Source of the DNA: a virus
Virus genome (UHGV): UHGV-0215880
DNA length: 35,752 bases
Strand: one strand, 5' to 3'
Under the pieces are notes generated by a model, which was given only the letters and a program-made list of their open reading frames with translations, was not told the DNA's origin and searched no databases. This document shows, piece by piece, positions 1-7,125 of this stretch (its first letter is position 1; every line of letters starts with the position of its first letter). Both the position numbers and the translations under genes were made by a program.

Positions 1-37
1 GAGATAGGTGTTTTTTTGTTATGTTAATATTTTTTTG

Positions 38-66
38 TTGAAAAATAGAACAAACGTTCGTATAAT
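38..66 (+). promoter_or_regulatory. Near-consensus sigma-70 promoter: TTGAAA (38-43), 17-nt spacer, TATAAT (61-66)
   Basis: Read directly. Hexamers and spacing match consensus. A GGAG RBS sits at 77-80 and an ATG at 91. Confidence 0.6.
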
Positions 67-90
67 GTTTCTGATAGGAGAGTGTATCAG

Positions 91-576
91 ATGGTGAGAC
101 GAACTAAAAAAGAGTTTAAACCTTACAATGATTATGTTGACCGTCCTTTTGAATTAAAGTGGCCAACGGCGTTTCCGTTGGGCGAATTGACTGAAGCAAT
201 AAAGAGTACTGATGAATATCATGCTCGCAATATTGATAGACTGCCGCAGCAATCACAGCGACAAATAGAATATTTTTTAGATCGCTCTATTAAGCAAAAT
301 AAAGTTTTAGAAATCCAATTAAATTCTTTAGATGAATATGAACGAGTTAAGCCCCACGTTTTCGGTGTATTTCGTGGAATGGCAGAATTTGATGTTGTAT
401 TGATTGGAGAAAACGAGGTCGATTTTTATGATATTAGAAACATTCAGATTCATAACTTCACGAAATGGAGCGAAGAGCATATACCTGAAGAAAATCCATT
501 TGAAGAAGAAACAGAACGTTGCGAAACTATAGATGAATTTGTGGACGAATATTTCGATGATGAGTGGATAGAATAA
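91..576 (+). CDS. Hypothetical acidic protein, possibly YolD-like
   Basis: The track ORF is 82-576 starting at GTG. ATG 91 has better SD spacing (GGAG 77-80). The gene has its own promoter and its own terminator. The YolD-like call rests only on weak motif-pattern resemblance. Confidence 0.6.
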   Translation: MVRRTKKEFKPYNDYVDRPFELKWPTAFPLGELTEAIKSTDEYHARNIDRLPQQSQRQIEYFLDRSIKQNKVLEIQLNSLDEYERVKPHVFGVFRGMAEFDVVLIGENEVDFYDIRNIQIHNFTKWSEEHIPEENPFEEETERCETIDEFVDEYFDDEWIE

Positions 577-586
577 TTAAAAACGT

Positions 587-630
587 AAAAGCTCTACTTC
601 TCAATCATGGTGAGTAGAGCTTTTTTGTTT
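587..630 (+). terminator. Intrinsic terminator: stem GCTCTACT/AGTAGAGC followed by T6
   Basis: Perfect 8-bp inverted repeat at 591-598 and 613-620 with a T-run at 621-626, just after the stop codon at 574-576. Confidence 0.7.
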
Positions 631-675
631 ATTCGGTATAATTTATATATCTATTCGCTTGCCTTTTTTATTTTT

Positions 676-904
676 TTGATGTAGATTTTATCTTGTTGTT
701 ATAGTCTATTTTGCTAATTTGAATTAAAATGATATTACGCAAACCCTTGTGAGTTCTAGTCTGTCTAAATATGGTGTTGCAGAAAAATTACATCGTGAAA
801 CTAAATAATTTATTTAGATAGAGCCTAGAATCCTTATACAACAAGGATTCTAGGTTGTTTTTTTGTTGTTAGTAATTTATTGATTTAGTTATTGATGTAG
901 ATTT
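676..904. repeat. Direct repeats beside int: TTGATGTAGATTT (676-688 and 892-904) and TTGTTGTTA (693-701 and 863-871). Candidate attP arm-type sites.
   Basis: Exact 13-bp and 9-bp direct repeats in the non-coding region directly downstream of int. A hairpin lies between them at 824-854. Confidence 0.45.
824..867 (+). terminator. Hairpin CCTAGAATCCTT/AAGGATTCTAGG followed by a T-rich run
   Basis: 12-bp perfect inverted repeat with a 7-nt loop, then TTGTTTTTTTGTTGTT. Its orientation blocks rightward transcription into the int antisense strand. Confidence 0.55.
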
Positions 905-910
905 GCTATT

Positions 911-2092
911 TTAAAAATTTACATAGCTACTGAAAGCATCTGTTGCTTCTTTAGTAACTTCATCAGAAACATGAGTGTAAGTATCCATAGTTATTTGTAA
1001 AGAAGAATGTCCTAAACGTTCTTGGATTATTTTAGACCTAACATTATCTGATTCGAATAATAATGTTGCGTGGGTATGCCGAAAACCATGACAACCAATA
1101 GAATGTAAGTTAGCTTTTTCTGCCAATCTTTTGGAACGTTGGTAAATGTCTTGACTTCGGAACATGGTACCATCAATTTTTGTGAAAATAAGTTGTGTTT
1201 TAACCCCACCTTTTTTCATTAAAGCCTCACGCTGTCTAAGTTTCCATTTTTTTAAGATATAAGCAGTCTTGTTATCAAAAGAAATTTTACGAATAGAATT
1301 GGGAGTTTTAGGATCGTTTATAGTCAATCCATTTGTACTGATAGCAGTAGTTTTATTTATATTAACTACCTGCTTTTTAATATCAATATCATTCCAATTC
1401 AATGCTAAAGCTTCACCAACACGTATACCAGTAAAAGAAAGTAAGCGAAAAATAGCACAGTCTAAGTCAGCATAGTATTTTAGAACTAAACTTTCTTCTT
1501 TGGCTTGATTGGCAATGCTATCAGCTGTATTTAAGAAATGTTCCAGTTCGTCTTTTGTATAGAACTTTCTTTTTGTATTCTTTTCTACTTTCTTTAGCGA
1601 ACTAGGCTTAGTTATTTTCTTAAATGGGTTTGAGTCTATTATTTCTAAACCAACAGCATAGTCACAAACACGAGAAGCGTAACTCAAAAGTACTTTTCCC
1701 ATTTCATTCTTTTTATACCATTCATTAACAGATTTTTGCACGATCTTTACTGTTAAACGCTCAAGTCTCATTTTCCCGAATGTGGGTAAAATGTGTTTTT
1801 TCATACGTCGCTCAGTAGCTATGAATGTGGATTCCCTAACTGTTTTTTTGTATTCGTCTAACCACATATAATAAACTTCTTCAAAAGTGGTTAAACGAGT
1901 ATGCTCGTTAGCTAGATTTCCATTATCAAAATCTAATTTTTTTTGATTAAGCTTGAGCTGTGCTTCTTTTTTTGTATTACAGTTTCTGATAGTGACATTA
2001 ATTTGTTTACCAGTTAAATAATCTACGCCTAAATAGGCAGTTACTTTCCAGTATTTTTGGCCTTTTTTTGTATATTGTTTAAAAGTTGCCAT
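911..2092 (-). CDS. int: Tyrosine site-specific integrase
   Basis: The C-terminus carries the R..HGFRHTHATLL...LGHSSLQITMDTYTHV catalytic signature. The N-terminus MATFKQYTKKGQKYW is typical of Firmicute phage integrases. An RBS GGAAAGGA lies upstream. Confidence 0.93.
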   Translation of the reverse strand: MATFKQYTKKGQKYWKVTAYLGVDYLTGKQINVTIRNCNTKKEAQLKLNQKKLDFDNGNLANEHTRLTTFEEVYYMWLDEYKKTVRESTFIATERRMKKHILPTFGKMRLERLTVKIVQKSVNEWYKKNEMGKVLLSYASRVCDYAVGLEIIDSNPFKKITKPSSLKKVEKNTKRKFYTKDELEHFLNTADSIANQAKEESLVLKYYADLDCAIFRLLSFTGIRVGEALALNWNDIDIKKQVVNINKTTAISTNGLTINDPKTPNSIRKISFDNKTAYILKKWKLRQREALMKKGGVKTQLIFTKIDGTMFRSQDIYQRSKRLAEKANLHSIGCHGFRHTHATLLFESDNVRSKIIQERLGHSSLQITMDTYTHVSDEVTKEATDAFSSYVNF

Positions 2093-2216
2093 TTTTTATC
2101 CTTTCCACTTGGGCAAGCGAACAGAGGGAATGACAAATTTCTAGCACCTCCTTATTAAATTTTAAAGCCCCTAGCATGAATCGAACATGCTAGAACTCAC
2201 CAGAGAGGGGAATCTT

Positions 2217-2735
2217 TTATTTTAGTATTTTGATTTTATTAGTATCCAGCGCTTCAGATCTAGCTACGATTTCATCACCCGCTTTTATTTGCATAAAAGG
2301 TAATTTATTATCTTTCGTGAAAGGTGATGCGATTGCTTTTAAAACACCGATGTAGTTTTGTCTGTCAGTGGAATCTAAATTTTCCCAATCAGTAGATAAA
2401 TTTAGTTGTACGTAATTAATATTGTTATTAGATTTTGTATCTACTTCCGCACTTAAAATATACGGGTAATCTTCGTTTTTATAGTTATTAAGTTCTTCAT
2501 TTAACTTTTCTTGATTTTGTTTCTGATAGTTTTTTGCTTCAGTAACGGTGGTTTTATCATTTCTGTTATTTTGAGTTTTTTTATTTATATTTAATGCACC
2601 GGTAACCATTAAAATAAAACTAATAACTAAAAATAATAAAGCTTTTTTCTTAGGCTGTTTTTTGAAAAGCGAAATAATAAACAAAATGAGACTAACAAGT
2701 ATACCTAACAACCCGATTAAAACTAAAAATTCCAT
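2217..2735 (-). CDS. Membrane protein with two N-terminal TM helices and an Asn/Lys-rich extracellular domain. Candidate superinfection-exclusion protein (Sie2009-like position).
   Basis: Hydrophobic stretches LVLIGLLGILVSLILFIISLF and ALLFLVISFILMVTGAL. Sits between int and the ImmA/repressor pair. Hairpins flank it at 2167-2189 and 2793-2815. Confidence 0.6.
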   Translation of the reverse strand: MEFLVLIGLLGILVSLILFIISLFKKQPKKKALLFLVISFILMVTGALNINKKTQNNRNDKTTVTEAKNYQKQNQEKLNEELNNYKNEDYPYILSAEVDTKSNNNINYVQLNLSTDWENLDSTDRQNYIGVLKAIASPFTKDNKLPFMQIKAGDEIVARSEALDTNKIKILK

Positions 2736-2822
2736 ATGAAAACCTCTTTCTATTTGATATAATAAATTTGTAAGCTAAATCTCGAAATGAGGTTTTAAGT
2801 CCGTGTTGTCGCACGGGCTTTT

Positions 2823-3245
2823 TTACTGTGCGTAAGAATAATTCTTTTTGAAGTATGAATGACAAACATCGAAACATTCCGTTCTTAAATTACTATTGAT
2901 AGAATAAAAATCCATGAAATTATCTAATTTAAATTGTGATTCATCCGTTAGTTCATTTTCTACAAAAATGTTTAATAGAATTATAATTGCTATTTTATTA
3001 GCTTCTGTCTCAAACTTTGAATGAAAAGTAATAGAGCTATCATATAACGTTGTATATTCGTAGTGTGAAGCGATAAAATGGCCGAGCTCATGTGCTAAAT
3101 GAAAGGCTTCTGCTCTATCCTCATGTAATTTTTCGTTTAAAAAAACGATTCTTGGCTTAGGATAGTAGAATCCAGATTCTTCCATTTCCATATAAACCAA
3201 TTTTAAATTATAATCACTTAGCAATTCTTTCAGTTTTAAATACAT
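2823..3245 (-). CDS. immA: ImmA/IrrE-family zinc metallopeptidase (anti-repressor protease)
   Basis: HEXXH motif HLAHELGHFIASH. Directly downstream of the XRE repressor, as in ImmR/ImmA pairs. The track start 3257 is GTG. ATG 3245 has an SD GGAGTGG upstream. Confidence 0.8.
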   Translation of the reverse strand: MYLKLKELLSDYNLKLVYMEMEESGFYYPKPRIVFLNEKLHEDRAEAFHLAHELGHFIASHYEYTTLYDSSITFHSKFETEANKIAIIILLNIFVENELTDESQFKLDNFMDFYSINSNLRTECFDVCHSYFKKNYSYAQ

Positions 3246-3262
3246 ACCAACTACCACTCCAA

Positions 3263-3583
3263 TTACTCGTTTTCTTCCAAAGCTTTAGCAATAGCAATTG
3301 CTTTACGCATTGTCTCCTTTGAAATTTCTTTTCCATCAAATGAAAATACAGTATCATCTTCTGATAAATCTACTTTTTTTGGAGCTTCTTTGAGTTCTCT
3401 TCCAAGAAGGTAGTCTACAGATACATCAAAGTAGTCAGCTACTTTTCTTAGACCTTCTGAATTTGGAGAAACTTTTTTCCACTTGCTAAAATATCCATTT
3501 GAGTAGCCTAGAGTAATTTCTAATTGTCGAATGGACATCTTCTTCCTTTTTGCTAATTCTTTTATTATTTCATAAGTATTCAT
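3263..3583 (-). CDS. XRE-family HTH repressor (cI/ImmR-like)
   Basis: N-terminal HTH_XRE MSIRQLEITLGYSNGYFSKWKK. Divergent from the cro-like gene. AAAGG RBS upstream. Confidence 0.85.
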   Translation of the reverse strand: MNTYEIIKELAKRKKMSIRQLEITLGYSNGYFSKWKKVSPNSEGLRKVADYFDVSVDYLLGRELKEAPKKVDLSEDDTVFSFDGKEISKETMRKAIAIAKALEENE

Positions 3584-3641
3584 TGATTTGACAACCTTTC
3601 TGAATGCTTACAAAAAAAGTTTAGAAAAAACTCTATTTTAA

Positions 3642-3670
3642 TTGACAAATCAGAGTTTAAGTTCTATACT
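3642..3670 (+). promoter_or_regulatory. Candidate early rightward promoter: TTGACA (3642-3647), 17 nt, TATACT (3665-3670). Flanked by inverted repeat AAACTCT (3628-3634) / AGAGTTT (3652-3658).
   Basis: Best sigma-70 match on the plus strand in the switch region. The 7-bp perfect inverted repeat brackets the -35 and is an operator candidate. Confidence 0.5.
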
Positions 3671-3789
3671 GTATTTTGTAAACAAGTTAATCAACTAAAA
3701 AGACAACAAAAAACAATATTGATAAATGAACGCTAACCGCCAAGAAAGCTATAAATCAATGTTTCAATGTCTTATTTAATTACGTTTTG

Positions 3790-3818
3790 ATTATAGAATA
3801 AAACTCTATTCGTGTCAA
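3790..3818 (-). promoter_or_regulatory. Candidate repressor promoter on the minus strand: TTGACA (3818-3813), 17 nt, TATAAT (3795-3790). Faces the plus-strand promoter.
   Basis: Perfect consensus hexamers with 17-nt spacing on the minus strand. A third copy of AAACTCT (3801-3807) lies in its spacer. Confidence 0.5.
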
Positions 3819-3876
3819 CCAAATTTAGAAATTAGTTGATTAATTTGTTTACTAATTCAGAGAAAGGAGAAAAAGC

Positions 3877-4059
3877 ATGGCAAATATTCAAGAAACACGT
3901 CAAAAAATTTTAGACCATTTTAAATCTAACGATTGGGAAATTCCTGATGTAGCAAGTGCGTTAGGAATTACAGAACAATATCTACGAAAAATCCTAAACA
4001 ATCCAGAAAAACATTTAAAGCAAATGACCGATATTATTGCTTATTACAAAATCAGATAG
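3877..4059 (+). CDS. Cro-like small HTH regulator
   Basis: 60 aa, HTH DVASALGITEQYLRKIL, RBS AAAGGAGAAAAAGC, divergent from the repressor gene. Confidence 0.7.
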   Translation: MANIQETRQKILDHFKSNDWEIPDVASALGITEQYLRKILNNPEKHLKQMTDIIAYYKIR

Positions 4060-4071
4060 GATGTGTAAAAA

Positions 4072-4341
4072 ATGGAAGTGATTTTAACTCCAGAAAATGA
4101 AGCTTCTCTAAGGGATTTTGTACATGGAATTATTGTTGATGAAATAGAAAAAGCACGAAGAGATACCTCAATTGATAAGCGAGTTTTAAATCAAACAGAG
4201 ATTGCAAAATATTTCAATGTATCCACTACAACAATAAGGGAATGGGAGAAGCTAGGTCTTCCGCATGGATCAGTAAGTAAACAAGGGAAGTTCTACGACA
4301 AAGAAGAGTGTCGCAGATGGCTTCTATCACAAAAAAGATAA
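4072..4341 (+). CDS. Excisionase/MerR-like HTH DNA-binding protein
   Basis: HTH LNQTEIAKYFNVSTTTIREWEKLGLPH resembles Xis/HTH_17 family. It lies in the early operon, not next to int. Confidence 0.5.
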   Translation: MEVILTPENEASLRDFVHGIIVDEIEKARRDTSIDKRVLNQTEIAKYFNVSTTTIREWEKLGLPHGSVSKQGKFYDKEECRRWLLSQKR

Positions 4342-4374
4342 ATCTTGGGCAAGCGAAATTTAGGGAGGTAGAAC

Positions 4375-4656
4375 ATGAGGGATGATGAAATTAGTTTAAG
4401 GGAATTAATTAATATTAGAAATAATTTTAGAAATTTTAAATGGGATGAGAGAATCGGAATTCCTAAACCAGAAGGATTTGACGAACTACCTATGTTTTCT
4501 GAAGGTTTTTTCTATAAAAGAAATAAGTATGATGAGATTCGATATGCAACTATGCTTGCAGAGAATTTAGTAGAAAAAAGGAAGACGTTGTTAATTGAAC
4601 AACGCCTTGAAGAAATTGATGATATCAGACTTATGGGTAATGATACTTATGAATAA
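4375..4656 (+). CDS. Hypothetical protein
   Basis: Strong RBS AGGGAGGTAGAAC before the ATG. Confidence 0.65.
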   Translation: MRDDEISLRELINIRNNFRNFKWDERIGIPKPEGFDELPMFSEGFFYKRNKYDEIRYATMLAENLVEKRKTLLIEQRLEEIDDIRLMGNDTYE

Positions 4657-5004
4657 ATTTGTGACTGCAATAAAAGTAGTTAGTAGATAAGGGACCCAAA
4701 ATAAAAATTTTTTATTTTGATGTTCTTCTATAAGTTTATTGGACTTGTTAGTTGTGTAATATCTGTATTTTTCTGTCGAATAAAAAGGACTAGAACATTC
4801 AGTAAAATAATTGCCGCTTTCATCTTTACCAATAAGAAACTGGCTATTTATATATACCATCACAAATAGTGAAATGCTTGAGTTTGGAAACTTTTTACGT
4901 AATTCACCTTCAGTAGCTCCTTTTTTTCGAAAATAATTTGTTTTTCTATAAATATATTTAAATATTTTAAGAGTGTTTTTATCTATATCTTCATGAGTAT
5001 CCAC
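4591..5004 (-). CDS. Reverse-oriented moron: 137-aa protein with an N-terminal wHTH-like region and a C-terminal TM helix
   Basis: A 137-codon ORF in AT-rich DNA. GTG start with RBS GAGGTGA. It has its own extended -10 promoter. C-terminal hydrophobic stretch FLFWVPYLLTTFIAVTNLFISII. Confidence 0.5.
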   Translation of the reverse strand: MDTHEDIDKNTLKIFKYIYRKTNYFRKKGATEGELRKKFPNSSISLFVMVYINSQFLIGKDESGNYFTECSSPFYSTEKYRYYTTNKSNKLIEEHQNKKFLFWVPYLLTTFIAVTNLFISIITHKSDIINFFKALFN

Positions 5005-5029
5005 TATTATTCACCTCGCTTTCAAAATA

Positions 5030-5038
5030 ATTATACCA
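5030..5038 (-). promoter_or_regulatory. Extended -10 element TGGTATAAT on the minus strand, driving the 4591-5004 gene
   Basis: The reverse complement of 5030-5038 is TGGTATAAT, about 25 nt upstream of the GTG start and its RBS. Confidence 0.45.
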
Positions 5039-5055
5039 GAAAGGAAATAATCAAA

Positions 5056-5778
5056 ATGACAAATTTAGTAATTATGAAAGACCACCAAGCAGTAACAAGT
5101 AGTTTACAAGTTGCTGAAGTTTTTGGCAAAGAACACAAAGTTGTTCTAAAAGCCATTGATGAATTAAAAGAGGGGGTGGCACAAAATTATGCCGACCTAT
5201 TTTACGAAGATACCTACATTCATCCACAAAACAAACAATCTTATCGCCAAGTTATTATGAATCGCGACGGCTTCACTTTGTTAGCAATGGGGTTCACTGG
5301 TCAAAAGGCATTGCAGTTCAAACTGAAATATATTGAGGCTTTTAACCAAATGGAAGAATTGCTTAAAACTCAATCAAACTTACCGATGAATAACACAGAA
5401 TTATTATTAGAAGCTGCGCTAAAGCATGAACGTGGATTGACTCTTGTAAATCAACGTTTAGATAAGCTAGAAACAGAAACTACAATTAATAGAAGCCAAC
5501 AACGAAAGATACAAGGGCTAGTTTCATCAACTGTTATCAAAGTATTAGGTGGCAAAAAAACATTGGCTTATCAGGATTCAAGTATTAAGCAATCAGCCTT
5601 TAGTAATTGCTATAAACAATTGAAAGCATTATTCGATGTAGCCTCTTATGTAGATATTCCAAAAGTTCGATATGAAGAAGCATTAGCTCTAATTCCTAAA
5701 TGGAAGCCTGAATTGGAATTACAAGCAAGAATTGATATGGCTAATGGGAATGGAGATATGTTTAAAAAAATAGGCTAG
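5056..5778 (+). CDS. Rha-family phage regulatory protein / antirepressor
   Basis: N-terminus MTNLVIMKDHQAVTSSLQVAEVFGKEHKVVLKAIDEL matches the Phage_pRha pattern. RBS AAAGGAAA 8 nt upstream. The track ORF is extended upstream to 4993. Confidence 0.8.
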   Translation: MTNLVIMKDHQAVTSSLQVAEVFGKEHKVVLKAIDELKEGVAQNYADLFYEDTYIHPQNKQSYRQVIMNRDGFTLLAMGFTGQKALQFKLKYIEAFNQMEELLKTQSNLPMNNTELLLEAALKHERGLTLVNQRLDKLETETTINRSQQRKIQGLVSSTVIKVLGGKKTLAYQDSSIKQSAFSNCYKQLKALFDVASYVDIPKVRYEEALALIPKWKPELELQARIDMANGNGDMFKKIG

Positions 5779-5781
5779 TAA

Positions 5782-5801
5782 TGATAAAAGGATAAGCCTT
5801 A
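5782..5801. terminator. Bidirectional hairpin GGATAAG/CTTATCC between convergent genes
   Basis: 7-bp perfect stem with a 6-nt loop. It lies between the Rha stop (5778) and the DUF1508 stop (5804). Confidence 0.45.
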
Positions 5802-5803
5802 AC

Positions 5804-5992
5804 TTATCCCCAGTTAAAAGTAGTGTCAACAATAATAGCTTTTTGATCCATATCACTTTTGATGGATTCAATAATTTCTAAAACAGAAGATTTATAGTAA
5901 TAAGTCTTACTTGATGCGATTACTTCATTTTCTTCGGTTTTAATTACAAAATAGTATTTTTTATTAGAAGCTTTCTTTATTACAAAAAACAT
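5804..5992 (-). CDS. YegP/DUF1508-like small protein
   Basis: The segment YYFVIKTEENEVIASSKTYYYKSSVLEIIESIK fits the YegP repeat pattern. RBS GGGGTG. Two TATAAT boxes on the minus strand at 6016-6035. Confidence 0.6.
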   Translation of the reverse strand: MFFVIKKASNKKYYFVIKTEENEVIASSKTYYYKSSVLEIIESIKSDMDQKAIIVDTTFNWG

Positions 5993-5993
5993 T

Positions 5994-6022
5994 TTGACAC
6001 CCCACTTTCAACTGAATTATAT
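5994..6022 (+). promoter_or_regulatory. Promoter TTGACA (5994-5999), 17 nt, TTATAT (6017-6022)
   Basis: Consensus -35 and a good -10 upstream of the 6047 operon. Overlaps the divergent DUF1508 promoter. Confidence 0.5.
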
Positions 6023-6046
6023 CAAAAAAATTATAGGAGGGTAAAT

Positions 6047-6241
6047 ATGAAAGCAATACGTGAAGCACGATTGATAGGCGCATTTTTAGTGATGATTGCG
6101 CTAGGTGTGTTATTGAAAAATCACTTTTCAATGCCAATACTAGCAACGCTAAGTTCACCTTTCTTTATCCATTGGTTTTTTAACTGGGATGAAGCGAAGT
6201 ATCAATACTCTAAAAAAGGAGGCGATAAAAAATGTATGTAG
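6047..6241 (+). CDS. Small membrane protein
   Basis: RBS ATAGGAGGG. Hydrophobic stretch LIGAFLVMIALGVLL. Confidence 0.6.
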   Translation: MKAIREARLIGAFLVMIALGVLLKNHFSMPILATLSSPFFIHWFFNWDEAKYQYSKKGGDKKCM

Positions 6242-6417
6242 CTGTAGGTGAAGCTAGTAGAGAAACATATGTGATTGGAGAAACACAAGCGGAAGTCATG
6301 CGAAAGTTGTTTGAAGAATATCCGTATGTTTCAGCTGATAAAAATGTTTATCCAGAGAGATTAAGCATAGTAGAAAAAGAGCCCCGAACGTCTGCAAACG
6401 AACAGGGCAAATATTGA
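6232..6417 (+). CDS. Hypothetical protein
   Basis: RBS AAAGGAGGCG. Confidence 0.6.
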   Translation: MYVAVGEASRETYVIGETQAEVMRKLFEEYPYVSADKNVYPERLSIVEKEPRTSANEQGKY

Positions 6418-6461
6418 ACCAAAAAATTAAAAAAATGACTAACTAAGGAGAGTATACCAAA

Positions 6462-6797
6462 ATGAACGATAAAATTCAAAAAATGATTAAGAAACTAGCA
6501 AAAGAATGCCAGAAAGAGGATATAGGTTTATCTTTGGCCACTATCGATTCAGAAGGAGAATTGGCAATGGCTCAAGTTGGAGAAGATGCGATGGTAGCTA
6601 TTGCTGCACATAGCCAATATACAGTAGTAAAAGAAGAACTAGCTGAATTAGATTGTGATTGTCCAATGCATCGTCACTTGAAAGAAATGTACGGTATTGA
6701 AACAGAAACTACAGCTAAAAATAAACATACTTTTGTAACAGATGATCCAAACGATTTGATAGATATATTATCGAAAATTTCTCGAGGTGAGTTGTAA
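6462..6797 (+). CDS. Hypothetical protein
   Basis: RBS TAAGGAGAG. Confidence 0.65.
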   Translation: MNDKIQKMIKKLAKECQKEDIGLSLATIDSEGELAMAQVGEDAMVAIAAHSQYTVVKEELAELDCDCPMHRHLKEMYGIETETTAKNKHTFVTDDPNDLIDILSKISRGEL

Positions 6798-7024
6798 TGA
6801 TTGAAGTAAGAGGTTTGGGTAACGACATTTACGAATTAATGTTAGCAAACGCACAGAATAACATTATTCAATCTGTTCGGACATCTGCATCTTATGGCAA
6901 TACAAGTTGTGTGGTAAGCAGTAAAGGAGCTACAAAACCATTTTTAGATCAATTACAAATGCAAGGTGTCGATTATATCGAATTGGAAGATGAAAAAATA
7001 AAACTATTTTGGGAGGGATTGTAA
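6797..7024 (+). CDS. Hypothetical protein
   Basis: ATGA overlap with the upstream gene. Confidence 0.6.
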   Translation: MIEVRGLGNDIYELMLANAQNNIIQSVRTSASYGNTSCVVSSKGATKPFLDQLQMQGVDYIELEDEKIKLFWEGL

Positions 7025-7125
7025 TGCCTGAATTTGATTCGCTAGGGGCAAGACAAGAGCCACCCGAAGAAAAAGAAGTATTAGAGCCGATGTGGGAATA
7101 CGATGAGGAGGAAGACGAAAGATGA
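7024..7125 (+). CDS. Small acidic 33-aa ORF, translationally coupled on both sides
   Basis: Its ATG overlaps the upstream stop (TAATG) and its TGA overlaps the next ATG (ATGA). It is below the track threshold. Sequence MPEFDSLGARQEPPEEKEVLEPMWEYDEEEDER. Confidence 0.4.
   Translation: MPEFDSLGARQEPPEEKEVLEPMWEYDEEEDER

Noticed and set aside
741-775. Possible tRNA 3-prime-end-like core (GAGTTCTAGTCTGTC...ATGGTG) in the attP-like region
   Set aside because: It resembles a generic T-loop consensus only at about 8/11 positions. It needs a 5-nt insertion to align with the tRNA-Met 3-prime end and does not fold as a T-arm plus acceptor.
1027-1475. Track ORFs 1027-1209 (minus) and 1269-1475 (plus) inside the integrase gene
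   Set aside because: They are fully embedded in the well-supported int coding region in other frames. They have no RBS and a hydrophobic low-complexity composition typical of off-frame AT-rich DNA.
2692-2877. Minus-strand ORF spanning the gap between the sie-like and immA genes
   Set aside because: It covers the hairpin and promoter region and has no RBS. It is a frame artefact.
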